The notes beneath the pieces were generated by a model. That model was given only the letters and a program-made list of their open reading frames with translations. It did no database searches and was not told where the DNA came from. The translations under genes and the position numbers were made by a program. Below are positions 54,813-64,000 of a stretch of DNA of 64,000 bases, piece by piece (the first letter of the stretch is position 1; the number at the start of each line of letters is the position of its first letter). The DNA is from Pirellulales bacterium (GTDB lineage Bacteria > Planctomycetota > Planctomycetia > Pirellulales > JALHPA01), in NCBI GenBank assembly GCA_049840575.1, contig JASGKV010000024.1, positions 136,874-200,873 on the forward strand, read 5' to 3'.

Positions 54813-55873
54813 TCAAATCTCGATGCTCATCCCTTCTCGGACCAAGCAGGTTTCCGGAGGATGCTTCGCGTGAGTCCCTATCGCGAGTCGAGCGACGCTT
54901 GCTTTGGCTAAGACCTCTAAGTCGTACAACGCCTCGTCCGAGCGACGCGGATCGTGGTGCCCGATGTGCAATCGTTTGACGCCAGCCGCGCAGGCGGTCG
55001 CCGCGACGCGTTCGACCGCGCTGTGCCCCCATGTGACGCGCGACAGCGGCGTATCGCCGTTCACACCGACCTTGCCTAAGTATTCGTCTTCCGAATATTG
55101 ACCGTCGGTGTACAGCAGGTTGGCATCGCGCGCGAAGTCGGCCAACGCCGAATCCGGCGCCGCGAGATGCTCGTGATCAGTCGCCAAGACGACGACCTTA
55201 CCTCCCCGCTCGAAGCGGTAACCGACCGCACCGCCGGGATGGTTCAGGGCGAACGTAGAAACACGCGTCCCTCCCAATTTGAATTCGTCGCCGGCCGCGA
55301 TGGTGCGATACTCGCGAATGCCCGCTAACCGATCCAACGTGGTCGGAAATAACGTTCCACGCACCGGCGAGTCTTTCGCCATCACCGCCTCGATGGCGCG
55401 CATCACGGATTCGGCCGCGCTCAACGTGATCTCGAAACGCGGATCGTAGAACGGCGGAATCAGCGGCAGCGCGAAAAGGTGGTCGATGTGGCAGTGTGAA
55501 AACAACAAGTGAACCTTGCGTTTCGACTCGTCGACTTTGACGCGTCGCATCAGGTCGTAACCCAACTCGACCAATCCGCCGCCTGCATCCAGGACGATGG
55601 TTTCATCGGCCGTGTCGATTTCGATGCACGTCGTCGAACCGCCGTACTCGGTCGTCATACGCGAGGGGAGCGAGCGCAGGAGGAACTCGCACAAGCTTCG
55701 ATGGATGCGCCCGTCTTCGGCGCCAGTTCCAGCCCGCCGGACAAGTTTAAAAACGCCAAAGCCTCGGCCGTCCGTGCTAGCCCTGCGCCGGGCTTGAGCG
55801 GTTTATCGTAGGATCCGGTCGTCCCCCAATAGCGAACCAGGAACTCCCGGGCGGACGTGGTGACGTTGGGCAT
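54813..55873 (-). CDS. MBL-fold metallo-hydrolase; apparent frameshift(s) near the 5' end
   Basis: ATG 55873: MPNVTTSAREFLVRYWGTTGSY (typical MBL N-terminus), continuing in ORF 54813..55694 (...IVLDAGGG..., HCHIDH metal-binding motif, ...ATDHEH..., HIGHHDP). Confidence 0.6.
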
Positions 55874-55986
55874 AACTGCGCGCGTGCGCGACGGCGACGC
55901 TTCGGGGAATCGGAGTTTTGATCTTCCCTAGGATAAGTCGCCGTGCGGCGAATCTCCAGCATTCCGGGTAAATCTTCCTCCGGGAG

Positions 55987-56387
55987 CTATTCCTTATGAA
56001 GAATCTTCGGACCATCCGTTTTGTATGTACCCGGCTCTTGGCGGGCATCTTGATGCCACCAACCCAAAGCGACGCGACGGTGGTAATGCTTGCCGAAGTA
56101 ATCCCAGCCCCAAGTTCCGTCGGCAGGCCAATAAGGCCCGTCGCCTTTCCCTTCCGGAGCGCGCCGCCGACATAATATCCGTCGTACGGTCCGCAGCGCG
56201 GCTGCACGGCGTGCGGCCGAACTTCTTGCGGAAAGCCCGCCCGTTCGTGCCGATCGGTCGGCACGGCGAACCAATTCGCGGGATGAATATACGGTTTAAC
56301 CGCCTGTTTTTCTCCAGCGGCGGCAACATCACAAATCGCAACCACGCAAAACACGGCGTATAGCGCCCAGTTCGAACGGCCTTCCAT
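55987..56387 (-). CDS. hypothetical small secreted protein; 1 apparent frameshift
   Basis: ATG 56387: MEGRSNWALYAVFCVVAICDVAAAG signal (ORF 55803..56387). The natural-looking C-terminus is in ORF 55987..56274 frame (...GDGPYWPADGTWGWDYFGKHYHRRVALGWWHQ...). Confidence 0.4.
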
Positions 56388-56447
56388 GGCACACCCCGAT
56401 GCAAGTTGTAACGACGATCCATCTCGGAGCGCCGAAAATCGTTTGTC

Positions 56448-58504
56448 TTACAACAACGGATTCCGATTGAACTTCGAGTACGGCAACCGCACGTTGCGGA
56501 TGAAGTACATATCTGCACGCAGCGCCGGAGGCGCGGCATAAGCCAACGAAGCGGCGGTCGTCACCACGTCGTCCTGATCCACGCCGTCGCCGCTGACACC
56601 GAGCCCACCTAGCAGAGTGTTGCCGCTATACAAGCCGGAACTGCCTGGGAAGAAGACGACGCCGTTTTGATTCGGGCTGCCCGCGATCCGCGGATCACGG
56701 AAATTTCGCCCAACATTGAAGGAATCGAACATCAATTCCGGTGTTGTGTTCGTTGAGTATGCGGAAAACGGCATGGCCGTCGTCAAGTTCTCGGCATTAG
56801 CCGAATTGATACCTGCGGCTAAGAGACTAGAGAACGCTCCCGGGGGAATGCCGACCGCAGTTCCGGTCGGGTATCTGGAAGATGCCAGATACCTAAACGT
56901 TCGCGAGGTGTATGCAGTCAAATTCGGCGTGGTCGTTGGATCGATCGGATCGTTCGGTTTGTCGGCGGCGACCAGCAGCGAAGAATTGTAATACGCCACG
57001 TTTCGCGCCTTGGCCACCGCGACGTCGATCGAGAAGACCGTGGCGTCCGGCATCCGGAACAACCCGACGATATCGCCGTTCAGATCCGCGACGGCGAAGA
57101 CCATCGCTGTAAACTGACCAATCGGCAAACGAATCGCTGGCGCGTGGCCTTGGCTTGGATCACACCCGCATTAATGATTTGTTCGACTTGCGCGGCCGTG
57201 ATCCCGACGCCGTCGGTCGGTTTGACGATCCACTTTTGCGGAACCGTCTGCCCGTTCCAATATCGGAGCATCACATCGTCACCTGTTCCCAAGATTCGAT
57301 CGGCGCCGACGCGATCGACGACTTGGTCCAACACAGGATCGTTAACGGTCACGTTTTCCGTTCCAGCCGCCGCGCCGACTTGCATAAGTCTTGGAATACC
57401 TTGCGTCACCGCGTTACCCGGACCGATAATCTCCACCGTGATCCCAACTAAATCGATTCGATTGCTGTTGAGGTCCAAGTTGGCAGGCTTAAACGACATG
57501 TTAGTAGGGAGTGCGGGAACGTTCGCGATGGCACCGACCCCCCCCGCTGCCGCAAAAGCCATGTACTCGGCCTGCAAGACCAACGGCGCGTTTAAACGGT
57601 TGCTTTCCAGTGTCGTTTGCGCAACTCCCGGGTTCAGCGACGCCTTGCTGAAGTTCTGCTCGAAGATCGCCGTACCGGTCGCGCCGGGGAAGAAGACACC
57701 GATCCCTCCCACCAATTCCGATCCTATATAGAGGGGAATACCACCGGGCAGTGTCGCGATGCCGCGCGATTGTCCGTTCTGGTAAACACCCGAATCGTAG
57801 CCGTATGAATCGGGGGCATCACGTAAATAATCCATTACATCGATAGGTATCATGGGATTCGGGCTGGCGATACGGCCATCGTTTTTGATGTTAAAGCGAA
57901 ACTGCATCGGCATATCGTCGGCCGTGCCGCGAATCCCGTCGGCGCCGGGATGCACGATTCCGTCGCGATTCGTATGCTCGATCCCCAGCAGATCCACCAG
58001 CCCCGTATTGTTCACACCAGGCGGAAACGTGCCGGCGATCCCAACCGGAGCCACGGTTCCCGGACCGCGCAAAGGCGAATTCGGGTCGGTGATATAGGTC
58101 AGCGATTGAACTTCGCGCTGTGTGATCGTGGATTGACTGATGAAACGAACGCTGCGCGATGTCAAGGGAGCCTGATCGTTGGCGAAAAACGCGGCCGTAC
58201 GAGCTTTGGCGACCGCGCCGTCGATAGCGAAGGTCAGCGTTTCCGGGGTTGTAAAGGTCGACAGGACTTGTGCTTCGGTCCGTACGCCCAAGATTTCGCC
58301 GCGACGATCAACTACGGCGATAATCGCATCCTGCCGCGCCGAAGCGGCGGCCGCACGTGCCAGCAAAAGTTGAACGTCAGGTACGGTCAAAACCGCCATC
58401 AAACGTCGGTCTTCTAATGCTTCGAACGCATAAGCTCGATTGTGTTGTCGCTGCGAGTTGTTGGACGCGGTCATTTTCGGCCCCCACCAGGGTTTTCGAC
58501 TCAT
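56448..58504 (-). CDS. large secreted protein with two GlcG/heme-degrading-like (DUF336-type) domains; 1 apparent frameshift (~57100)
   Basis: ATG 58504 (MSRKPWWGPKM...). An N-terminal ...FEALEDRRLMA motif, then ...LLLARAAAASARQDAIIAVVDRRGEILGV...AIDGAVAKARTAAFF... (first GlcG-like domain). ORF 56448..57128: ...AMVFAVADLNGDIVGLFRMPDATVFSIDVAVAKARNVAYY... (second). Family resemblance from memory. Confidence 0.45.
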
Positions 58505-58785
58505 AGAAATCGCGCGTTTCAACCAGATTCCCGGCGAATCCGCACCAACCGATCCTAGTTGTCCGTAACAAACGTAACAACATCTTCGTCGTTCAAATCG
58601 GGAAATCTGGGAGTTTTCCTTAGGGGCGGTAAAGTCATTAAAAACCGTTCAACACTTGCCATGCGGGATACCGATACGTCAATTACGAGCAGTGCGCGCG
58701 GCAATCCGCATGCTATCGCTACGACCGGACGTCGCGCCGTTGGTACGGACGTTTCTCGTAGGCTCGGGATTCAGGGCAAGTCTCG

Positions 58786-61012
58786 ATGTTGCGTCTCCCC
58801 CACTTCAGCCGAATCGCGTCCGCCAAAACCCTGCGTATCACGCTGGGTTTGTGCTTTGTGATGGGCTTGGGTATCGCCGCGGCACAAGTCACTCCTCTTG
58901 TGACGGCTCCGCTGAATCCACTGGAGTCGACGAGCCCGGATGAAGCGGGGTCTGACGTTAAAATCGTTCCACTCAACGGCGTTGCGCCGTTAGAGAGAGG
59001 AACCCCTAACGCCTCGCAGCCGAAATTGATTGCACAGTCGAATGTCGGTGCCGACGAGCCACGCGTGCGATTGGTCAGCTTCGCCACGATCGATGCGCCG
59101 TCCGCGACGAACACGCAATCGCTGATTTACAGCCCACCACAGGGCAGAGCGCCGGCGCCGAACGAGAGTGGTTTTCTTCAACTACCGCCGATAACGAACG
59201 ACATTCTTGCGATGTCGGATCCGACACGGATCAAACCCAGCGTGTTACGTCCGCCCGGCGACATTGACCGTGCGTTATTGCCTCAGCTGGACGACTCGAC
59301 AGGGGTCGAGGACTATTTTTATCCGATCGAGGCGCCGTTAGGTTACACCGGGCGCTCAGGGATTCTTCCCAGCGAGAATCCCCAAGACGCGCACTTCGTG
59401 CCGATCGAAGATCGCTGGCGTTCGGGCTTTCCGGCTTGGGATCGCTACGGCAAAGGTCATCCCAACATGGATGACTACCCTTATGTCGAAGGCAACGTGT
59501 GGGATCCGTATAACCAAAACGTGCTGAAGGGCGATTATCCGATTTACGGGCAGCACACGTTTTTGGTCCTGACGGCCGAAAGCCAAGCCATCTTGGAAGG
59601 CCGCCAAGTCCCCACGCCGACGACTCCGTTCGAAACGACCTCGATCCCGGGCCAAACCGATTTCTTCGGCAATCCGAATCAGTTCTTTTATACGCACTAT
59701 TTCAAACTGAGCGCCGAGTTGAATCACGGCGACGCGGCGTTTAAACCCGCCGACTGGAAAGCGAAAATCTCGCCGGTCTTCAACATCAATTATCTGCAAG
59801 TGAACGAACTGGGGATCGTCAATACGAACCCTTTGGCGGGCGAAGACCGTTTCCGCAGCGACTTCGCGTTGCAAGAATGGTTTTACGAAAGCAAATTGGC
59901 GGATCTCGGTCCCGATTACGACTTTGTTTCCGCACGCGTCGGATCGCAGTTCTTCACCAGCGACTTCCGAGGCTTCATCTTCAGCGATACCAATCGCGCG
60001 GTACGGTTATTCGGCACAAATAACGCCAACCGCGATCAGTTCAATTTGGTGTACTTCGACCAAACCGAAAAAGACACCAACAGCCAGTTGAACACCTTCG
60101 ACGATCGTCACCAGAACACGCTGATCGCGAACTATTACCGTCAGGACTTCCTCTGGCCCGGTTACACAACCTCCGTCAGCTTCCACTACAACCGCGATCA
60201 ACCGGATTTCATCTACGATCGCAACGGCTTCTTCAGCGCGTCCGGATCCGGTCGGCATCGCCCAACCGCACGAGATCGAATCGTACTACATCGGCTGGGC
60301 CGGCGATGGTCATATCAACCGCTTCAACATCAACCATGCGTTTTATTACGTGTTCGGCACGGACGAGTTGAACCCTTTGGCGGGTCAGCAGTGCGATATT
60401 CAGGCCTACATGGCCGCGATCGAACTGTCCTACGATCGCGACTGGGCGCGTTTTCGAACTTCGTACTTCTTCGCGTCCGGCGACGGCAATATTTTCGACG
60501 ATAAGGCACGAGGGTTTGATTCAATCTTCGACAATCCGAACTTCGCCGGCGGCGAGTTCAGCTATTGGCAACGCCAAACGATCGGTCTGTTAGGCGTCAA
60601 TCTGACGAACCGTATGAGCTTGGTTCCGGATCTGCGATCCAGCAAGTTCCAGGGGCAAACGAACTTCGTGAACCCGGGACTGCATCTGATTAACTTCGGC
60701 GCCGACTTCGATTTGACTCCCAAGACGCGCTTGATCACCAACGTGAACTTCCTCTGGTTCGATCAGACCGAAGTTTTGGAACAATTTACTTTTCAAAACG
60801 ATATTGATCCGTTCATAGGCACCGACCTAAGCCTAGGGATCGAACATCGTCCCTATCTGAATAACAACGTCGTGATCGTCGCCGGCATCTCCGGATTGTT
60901 GCCCTGTGCCGGTTTCGATGATCTTTACGGCGGCTTAAACCCGCTGACGTTGACCCGCAAAAACCCCGATGCGCTGTTCGCCAGTTTCATGGAGATCGTG
61001 TTCCTGTATTAA
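58786..61012 (+). CDS. large secreted/outer-membrane-associated hypothetical protein; 1 apparent frameshift (~60240-60350)
   Basis: ORF 58786..60504 has a signal peptide (LGLCFVMGLGIAAAQVTPL) and long Asn/Asp/Tyr/Phe-rich sequence. ORF 60350..61012 continues (…NFLWFDQTEVLEQFTFQNDIDPFIGTDLSLGIEH… ending ...MEIVFLY). Alternating aromatic/polar pattern is compatible with a beta-rich OM protein. Confidence 0.45.
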
Positions 61013-61077
61013 CGCACGCCCGGGCAGACGGGTCGCGACACGGAACACCGAACGTACACCGGACAAGGAAGTCCTCG

Positions 61078-64000
61078 ATGAGCCGCTTTCTCAAATTACG
61101 CACGCTCGACAAGTCGACCGCGACATTCGTCGTCGGATCGGCATTGTTGGCGACGGTCGTGATCGCTTGTTGTCTGGGAGAAAAGCGCAATACGGTTCCC
61201 GCTACGAGCGTCGCCGTTTCCAAGCCCAGCGAGAACGTTTCCCCGACACTCGATACCGAGGACGATGCGGTTCTCGATGTTCAAGAACAAAAGCGTTCCT
61301 CAGCCGAGAAGAATGTCTTTCGCACCGCATCTCATCGTAAATCGCTCAACAACACGAGTAACATTGCGGAACACGTAACAAGCGACGAGCACATCGAAGA
61401 AGTCGCACCCCTACCCTACTACGGTCCGCAGGAAGCCGACCCCAATCGTATCCCGAGTTGGGCCGTTCCAGTCGTCATGACCGAACCGCAACGCGCGGTT
61501 CACGGCGGCATGGGCAAGATGATCGGCAATCCGCACGGTGCGAATTTTCACGGCAAACTGAAACCGTCGGACATCGAACTGGCGGCGTTCACCAAGACCT
61601 CGCAACCGCCGCGGTTACGTCAATCCAACGACGAAGCGTTCTCGAAAAGCTGGGGCTGTGTGACGTGCCATATCAACGTCCCGGATATGCACAACGACGT
61701 CGAAAGTGTCCGCCTGGGCTGCGTCGATTGCCATGGCGGCGACGCCAATACCACCGACAAACACAAAGCGCACGTTAAGCCCTGCTTCCCGGAAGCCTGG
61801 GGTGGTTCCGGCAATCCGGTACGTTCATACAACCTGCTGAATTACGAATCGCCGGAGTTCATTCGCTTCGTCAACCCGGGCGACCTGCGCGTGGCTCACA
61901 TCAGCTGCGGCGATTGTCACCCGAAGGAAGTGCTGCACGTCAAGAAAAGCATGATGACGCACGGGGCCATGCTGTGGGGAGCCGCGTTGTACAACAACGG
62001 ATCGATCCCCAATAAAGCCGCAATGTACGGCGAAAGCTACAGCATGAACGGGGTCTCGCAACGAATGCAGACCGTGCCGCCGCCGACCCCTGCCGAAATG
62101 GAATTCAAAGGCGTCGTGCCGTTCCTTGATCCGCTGCCGCGCTTCGAAATCTCACAGCCGGGCAACGTATTGCGGATATTCGAACGAGGCGGCCGCTTCC
62201 GCCCGGAAACCGGTATCCCCGAACGCCTGGAAGAATCCGGCCGCCCTCGTACGCGTCTTAGCAATCGCGGCTTGGGAACCGAGAACCGCACCGATCCGGT
62301 CTTCATCGGGCTAACCAAAACACGTTTATTCGATCCCACGCTGAACTTCATGGGAACGAACGACCATCCTGGCGATTTTCGCTCAAGCGGTTGCACGGCG
62401 TGCCATGTGATTTACGCCAACGATCGCTCGCCGATCCATTCGGGACCGTATGCGGTACACGGCAACCGGGGCATGGCTTCGGCCACGTCTCCGATCGCCG
62501 ATCCGACGATTCCCAAGAACGAACCGGGACACCCGATCGAACATCGCTTCGCCAAAGGGAACTCGATCCCGACCAGCCAGTGCATGATTTGCCACATGCA
62601 TCCGGGCACCACGGTCATGAACAGCTATATCGGCTACATGTGGTGGGACGAAGAATCCGACGCCGAACTGATTTACCCGGCTCGTCAAAAATATCCGACG
62701 GCCGAAGAAGTGATGAACGTCCAGATGCGCAATCCGAATGAATCGGCCCAACGCAGCAATCTGGCCGACCCGGAATTCGTTGCGAATCTGACCGACCTCA
62801 ACACGCTGACGCGTCACAACCAGTTCGCCGACTTCCACGGCCACGGCTGGGCATACCGCGCGGTTTATAAACGCGATCGCAAAGGCAACTTCTTGAACAA
62901 TCGCGGCGACGTGGTCGGCCAAGTCGACAACGCGGCGATGCGGGCCGCGGTGGAAGTCGTGGCGCAATCGCGCGAACCACATCGTAACGCCGCCAACAAA
63001 ACCGATCGCGTCGTCCGCAACGAAGAATTCAAACTGGAGTGCGAGAAGCAAGGTCTGCCGGTGCATTTGTTGGACATCCACATTGAAAAAGGAATGCACT
63101 GCATCGACTGTCACTTTATCCAAGACATGCACGGCAACGGCCGCTTGCAACGCGAAGTCCGCGCCGCGGTGGAAATCCGCTGCGAAGACTGTCACGGCAC
63201 CGCGACGGATAAGATCACCGAGACGCCGTCGATGTTCACCACCGGTCCGGCGTCGTACACGTCTGGCGAAAAAGGGCGTGATCTGAACGCGATGCGTAGC
63301 CCATCCGGTCGCCCGCGCTTCGAACGCGAAAACGGCAAGCTCTATCAAAACTCGATGGTCGAGAAAGACCTCCGTTGGGAAATCATCCAGGTCAAAGACA
63401 CTATCACCCCGGGCAGCGATCGCTATAACGTCCGCTCGCACTTAGCCAAGACCGTGAAGTTCAACGATCAACAGCAACTGCAATGGGGCGGCCAAGCCGA
63501 CCATACTTGCGCCGATACGATCGGCCGCATGAGCTGCATTGCGTGTCATACATCGTGGAACCCGAGTTGCTTCGGCTGTCACTTACCGCAAAAAGCCAAT
63601 CACAAAGCCCCGTCTCTGCATCATGAGGGCGACGTCTCGCGCAATCTGACGGCGTACAACTTCCAAACGTTACGCGACGACGTTTACATGCTGGCCCATG
63701 ACGGCGACGTCACCGGGAATCGGATCGGACCGTCGCGATCGTCATGCGCGATCCACGTCACGTCGTACAACAACAACCGCGAGGCGATTTACATCTCCCA
63801 GCAGACGATTTCGGCCGACGGCCCTAGCGGAATCGCGTTCAGCACGAACGTTCCGCACACGGTCCGCGGCGGCAGCAAGATTCCGGCGCACCCTTCGTTC
63901 GTCCCGCCGAATCGCGAAGTCAAGCAATGCACCGATTGCCACGTTTCGAAAGACAACGACAATAACGCCATCATGGCGCAGTTATTGATGCAAGGCACGA
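61078..64000 (+). CDS. multiheme c-type cytochrome (>=10 CxxCH in window), 5' complete, 3' truncated by window end
   Basis: Own translation from ATG 61078: MSRFLKLRTLDKSTATFVVGSALLATVVIACC... (signal/lipobox-like). CxxCH motifs: CVTCH, CVDCH, CGDCH, CTACH, CMICH, CIDCH, CEDCH, CIACH, CFGCH, CTDCH. No stop before position 64000, which is why it is absent from the ORF track. Confidence 0.75.
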   Translation, partial: MSRFLKLRTLDKSTATFVVGSALLATVVIACCLGEKRNTVPATSVAVSKPSENVSPTLDTEDDAVLDVQEQKRSSAEKNVFRTASHRKSLNNTSNIAEHVTSDEHIEEVAPLPYYGPQEADPNRIPSWAVPVVMTEPQRAVHGGMGKMIGNPHGANFHGKLKPSDIELAAFTKTSQPPRLRQSNDEAFSKSWGCVTCHINVPDMHNDVESVRLGCVDCHGGDANTTDKHKAHVKPCFPEAWGGSGNPVRSYNLLNYESPEFIRFVNPGDLRVAHISCGDCHPKEVLHVKKSMMTHGAMLWGAALYNNGSIPNKAAMYGESYSMNGVSQRMQTVPPPTPAEMEFKGVVPFLDPLPRFEISQPGNVLRIFERGGRFRPETGIPERLEESGRPRTRLSNRGLGTENRTDPVFIGLTKTRLFDPTLNFMGTNDHPGDFRSSGCTACHVIYANDRSPIHSGPYAVHGNRGMASATSPIADPTIPKNEPGHPIEHRFAKGNSIPTSQCMICHMHPGTTVMNSYIGYMWWDEESDAELIYPARQKYPTAEEVMNVQMRNPNESAQRSNLADPEFVANLTDLNTLTRHNQFADFHGHGWAYRAVYKRDRKGNFLNNRGDVVGQVDNAAMRAAVEVVAQSREPHRNAANKTDRVVRNEEFKLECEKQGLPVHLLDIHIEKGMHCIDCHFIQDMHGNGRLQREVRAAVEIRCEDCHGTATDKITETPSMFTTGPASYTSGEKGRDLNAMRSPSGRPRFERENGKLYQNSMVEKDLRWEIIQVKDTITPGSDRYNVRSHLAKTVKFNDQQQLQWGGQADHTCADTIGRMSCIACHTSWNPSCFGCHLPQKANHKAPSLHHEGDVSRNLTAYNFQTLRDDVYMLAHDGDVTGNRIGPSRSSCAIHVTSYNNNREAIYISQQTISADGPSGIAFSTNVPHTVRGGSKIPAHPSFVPPNREVKQCTDCHVSKDNDNNAIMAQLLMQGT

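Noticed and set aside
62383-63441. 352-aa minus-strand ORF
   Set aside because: Antisense to the multiheme cytochrome c reading frame, which I translated directly and which carries ten CxxCH motifs.

Overview
This is a GC-rich bacterial chromosomal window, most likely from the phylum Planctomycetota. The assignment rests on a BBP7-like outer-membrane barrel protein, a DUF1570 protein, a PVC-type (Pirellula/Verrucomicrobium) membrane-bound-dehydrogenase/heme-binding protein, a PEP-CTERM protein, and a 16S rRNA gene that is not followed by 23S/5S. Housekeeping genes present are rpsU, nadC, a secA-like gene, dnaA, rmlA/rmlC, and nnrE-like. One complete 16S rRNA gene lies on the minus strand with its own downstream terminator. 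Other content includes a hicAB toxin-antitoxin pair, a GH63 glycoside hydrolase, and many secreted or lipoprotein genes. The most unusual feature is a minus-strand operon at about 36.2-45.3 kb. Reading 5'->3' it encodes a His-rich polytopic membrane protein, a decaheme cytochrome c, a NuoE-NuoF fusion, a NuoG-like Fe-S protein carrying two cyclic-nucleotide-binding domains plus a ferredoxin module, and a pentaheme cytochrome c. Immediately divergent from it, a plus-strand cluster encodes a GH63 enzyme, a hybrid histidine kinase with two receiver domains, a CheY-like receiver, and a receiver-adenylate cyclase. A second multiheme cytochrome c with at least 10 CxxCH motifs runs off the window end. 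Two noncoding regions carry striking repeats. At 30.5-31.0 kb there are four degenerate direct repeats built on a 9-mer, (ACGAGCGTT)n. At 32.70-32.98 kb there are eight tandem heptamers abutting the SPFH-gene start codon, plus 17-bp perfect inverted repeats. Many genes, including dnaA and secA, show apparent frameshifts, often at C/G homopolymers. I read this as indel error in the assembly rather than pseudogenisation, and several CDS boundaries are therefore approximate.
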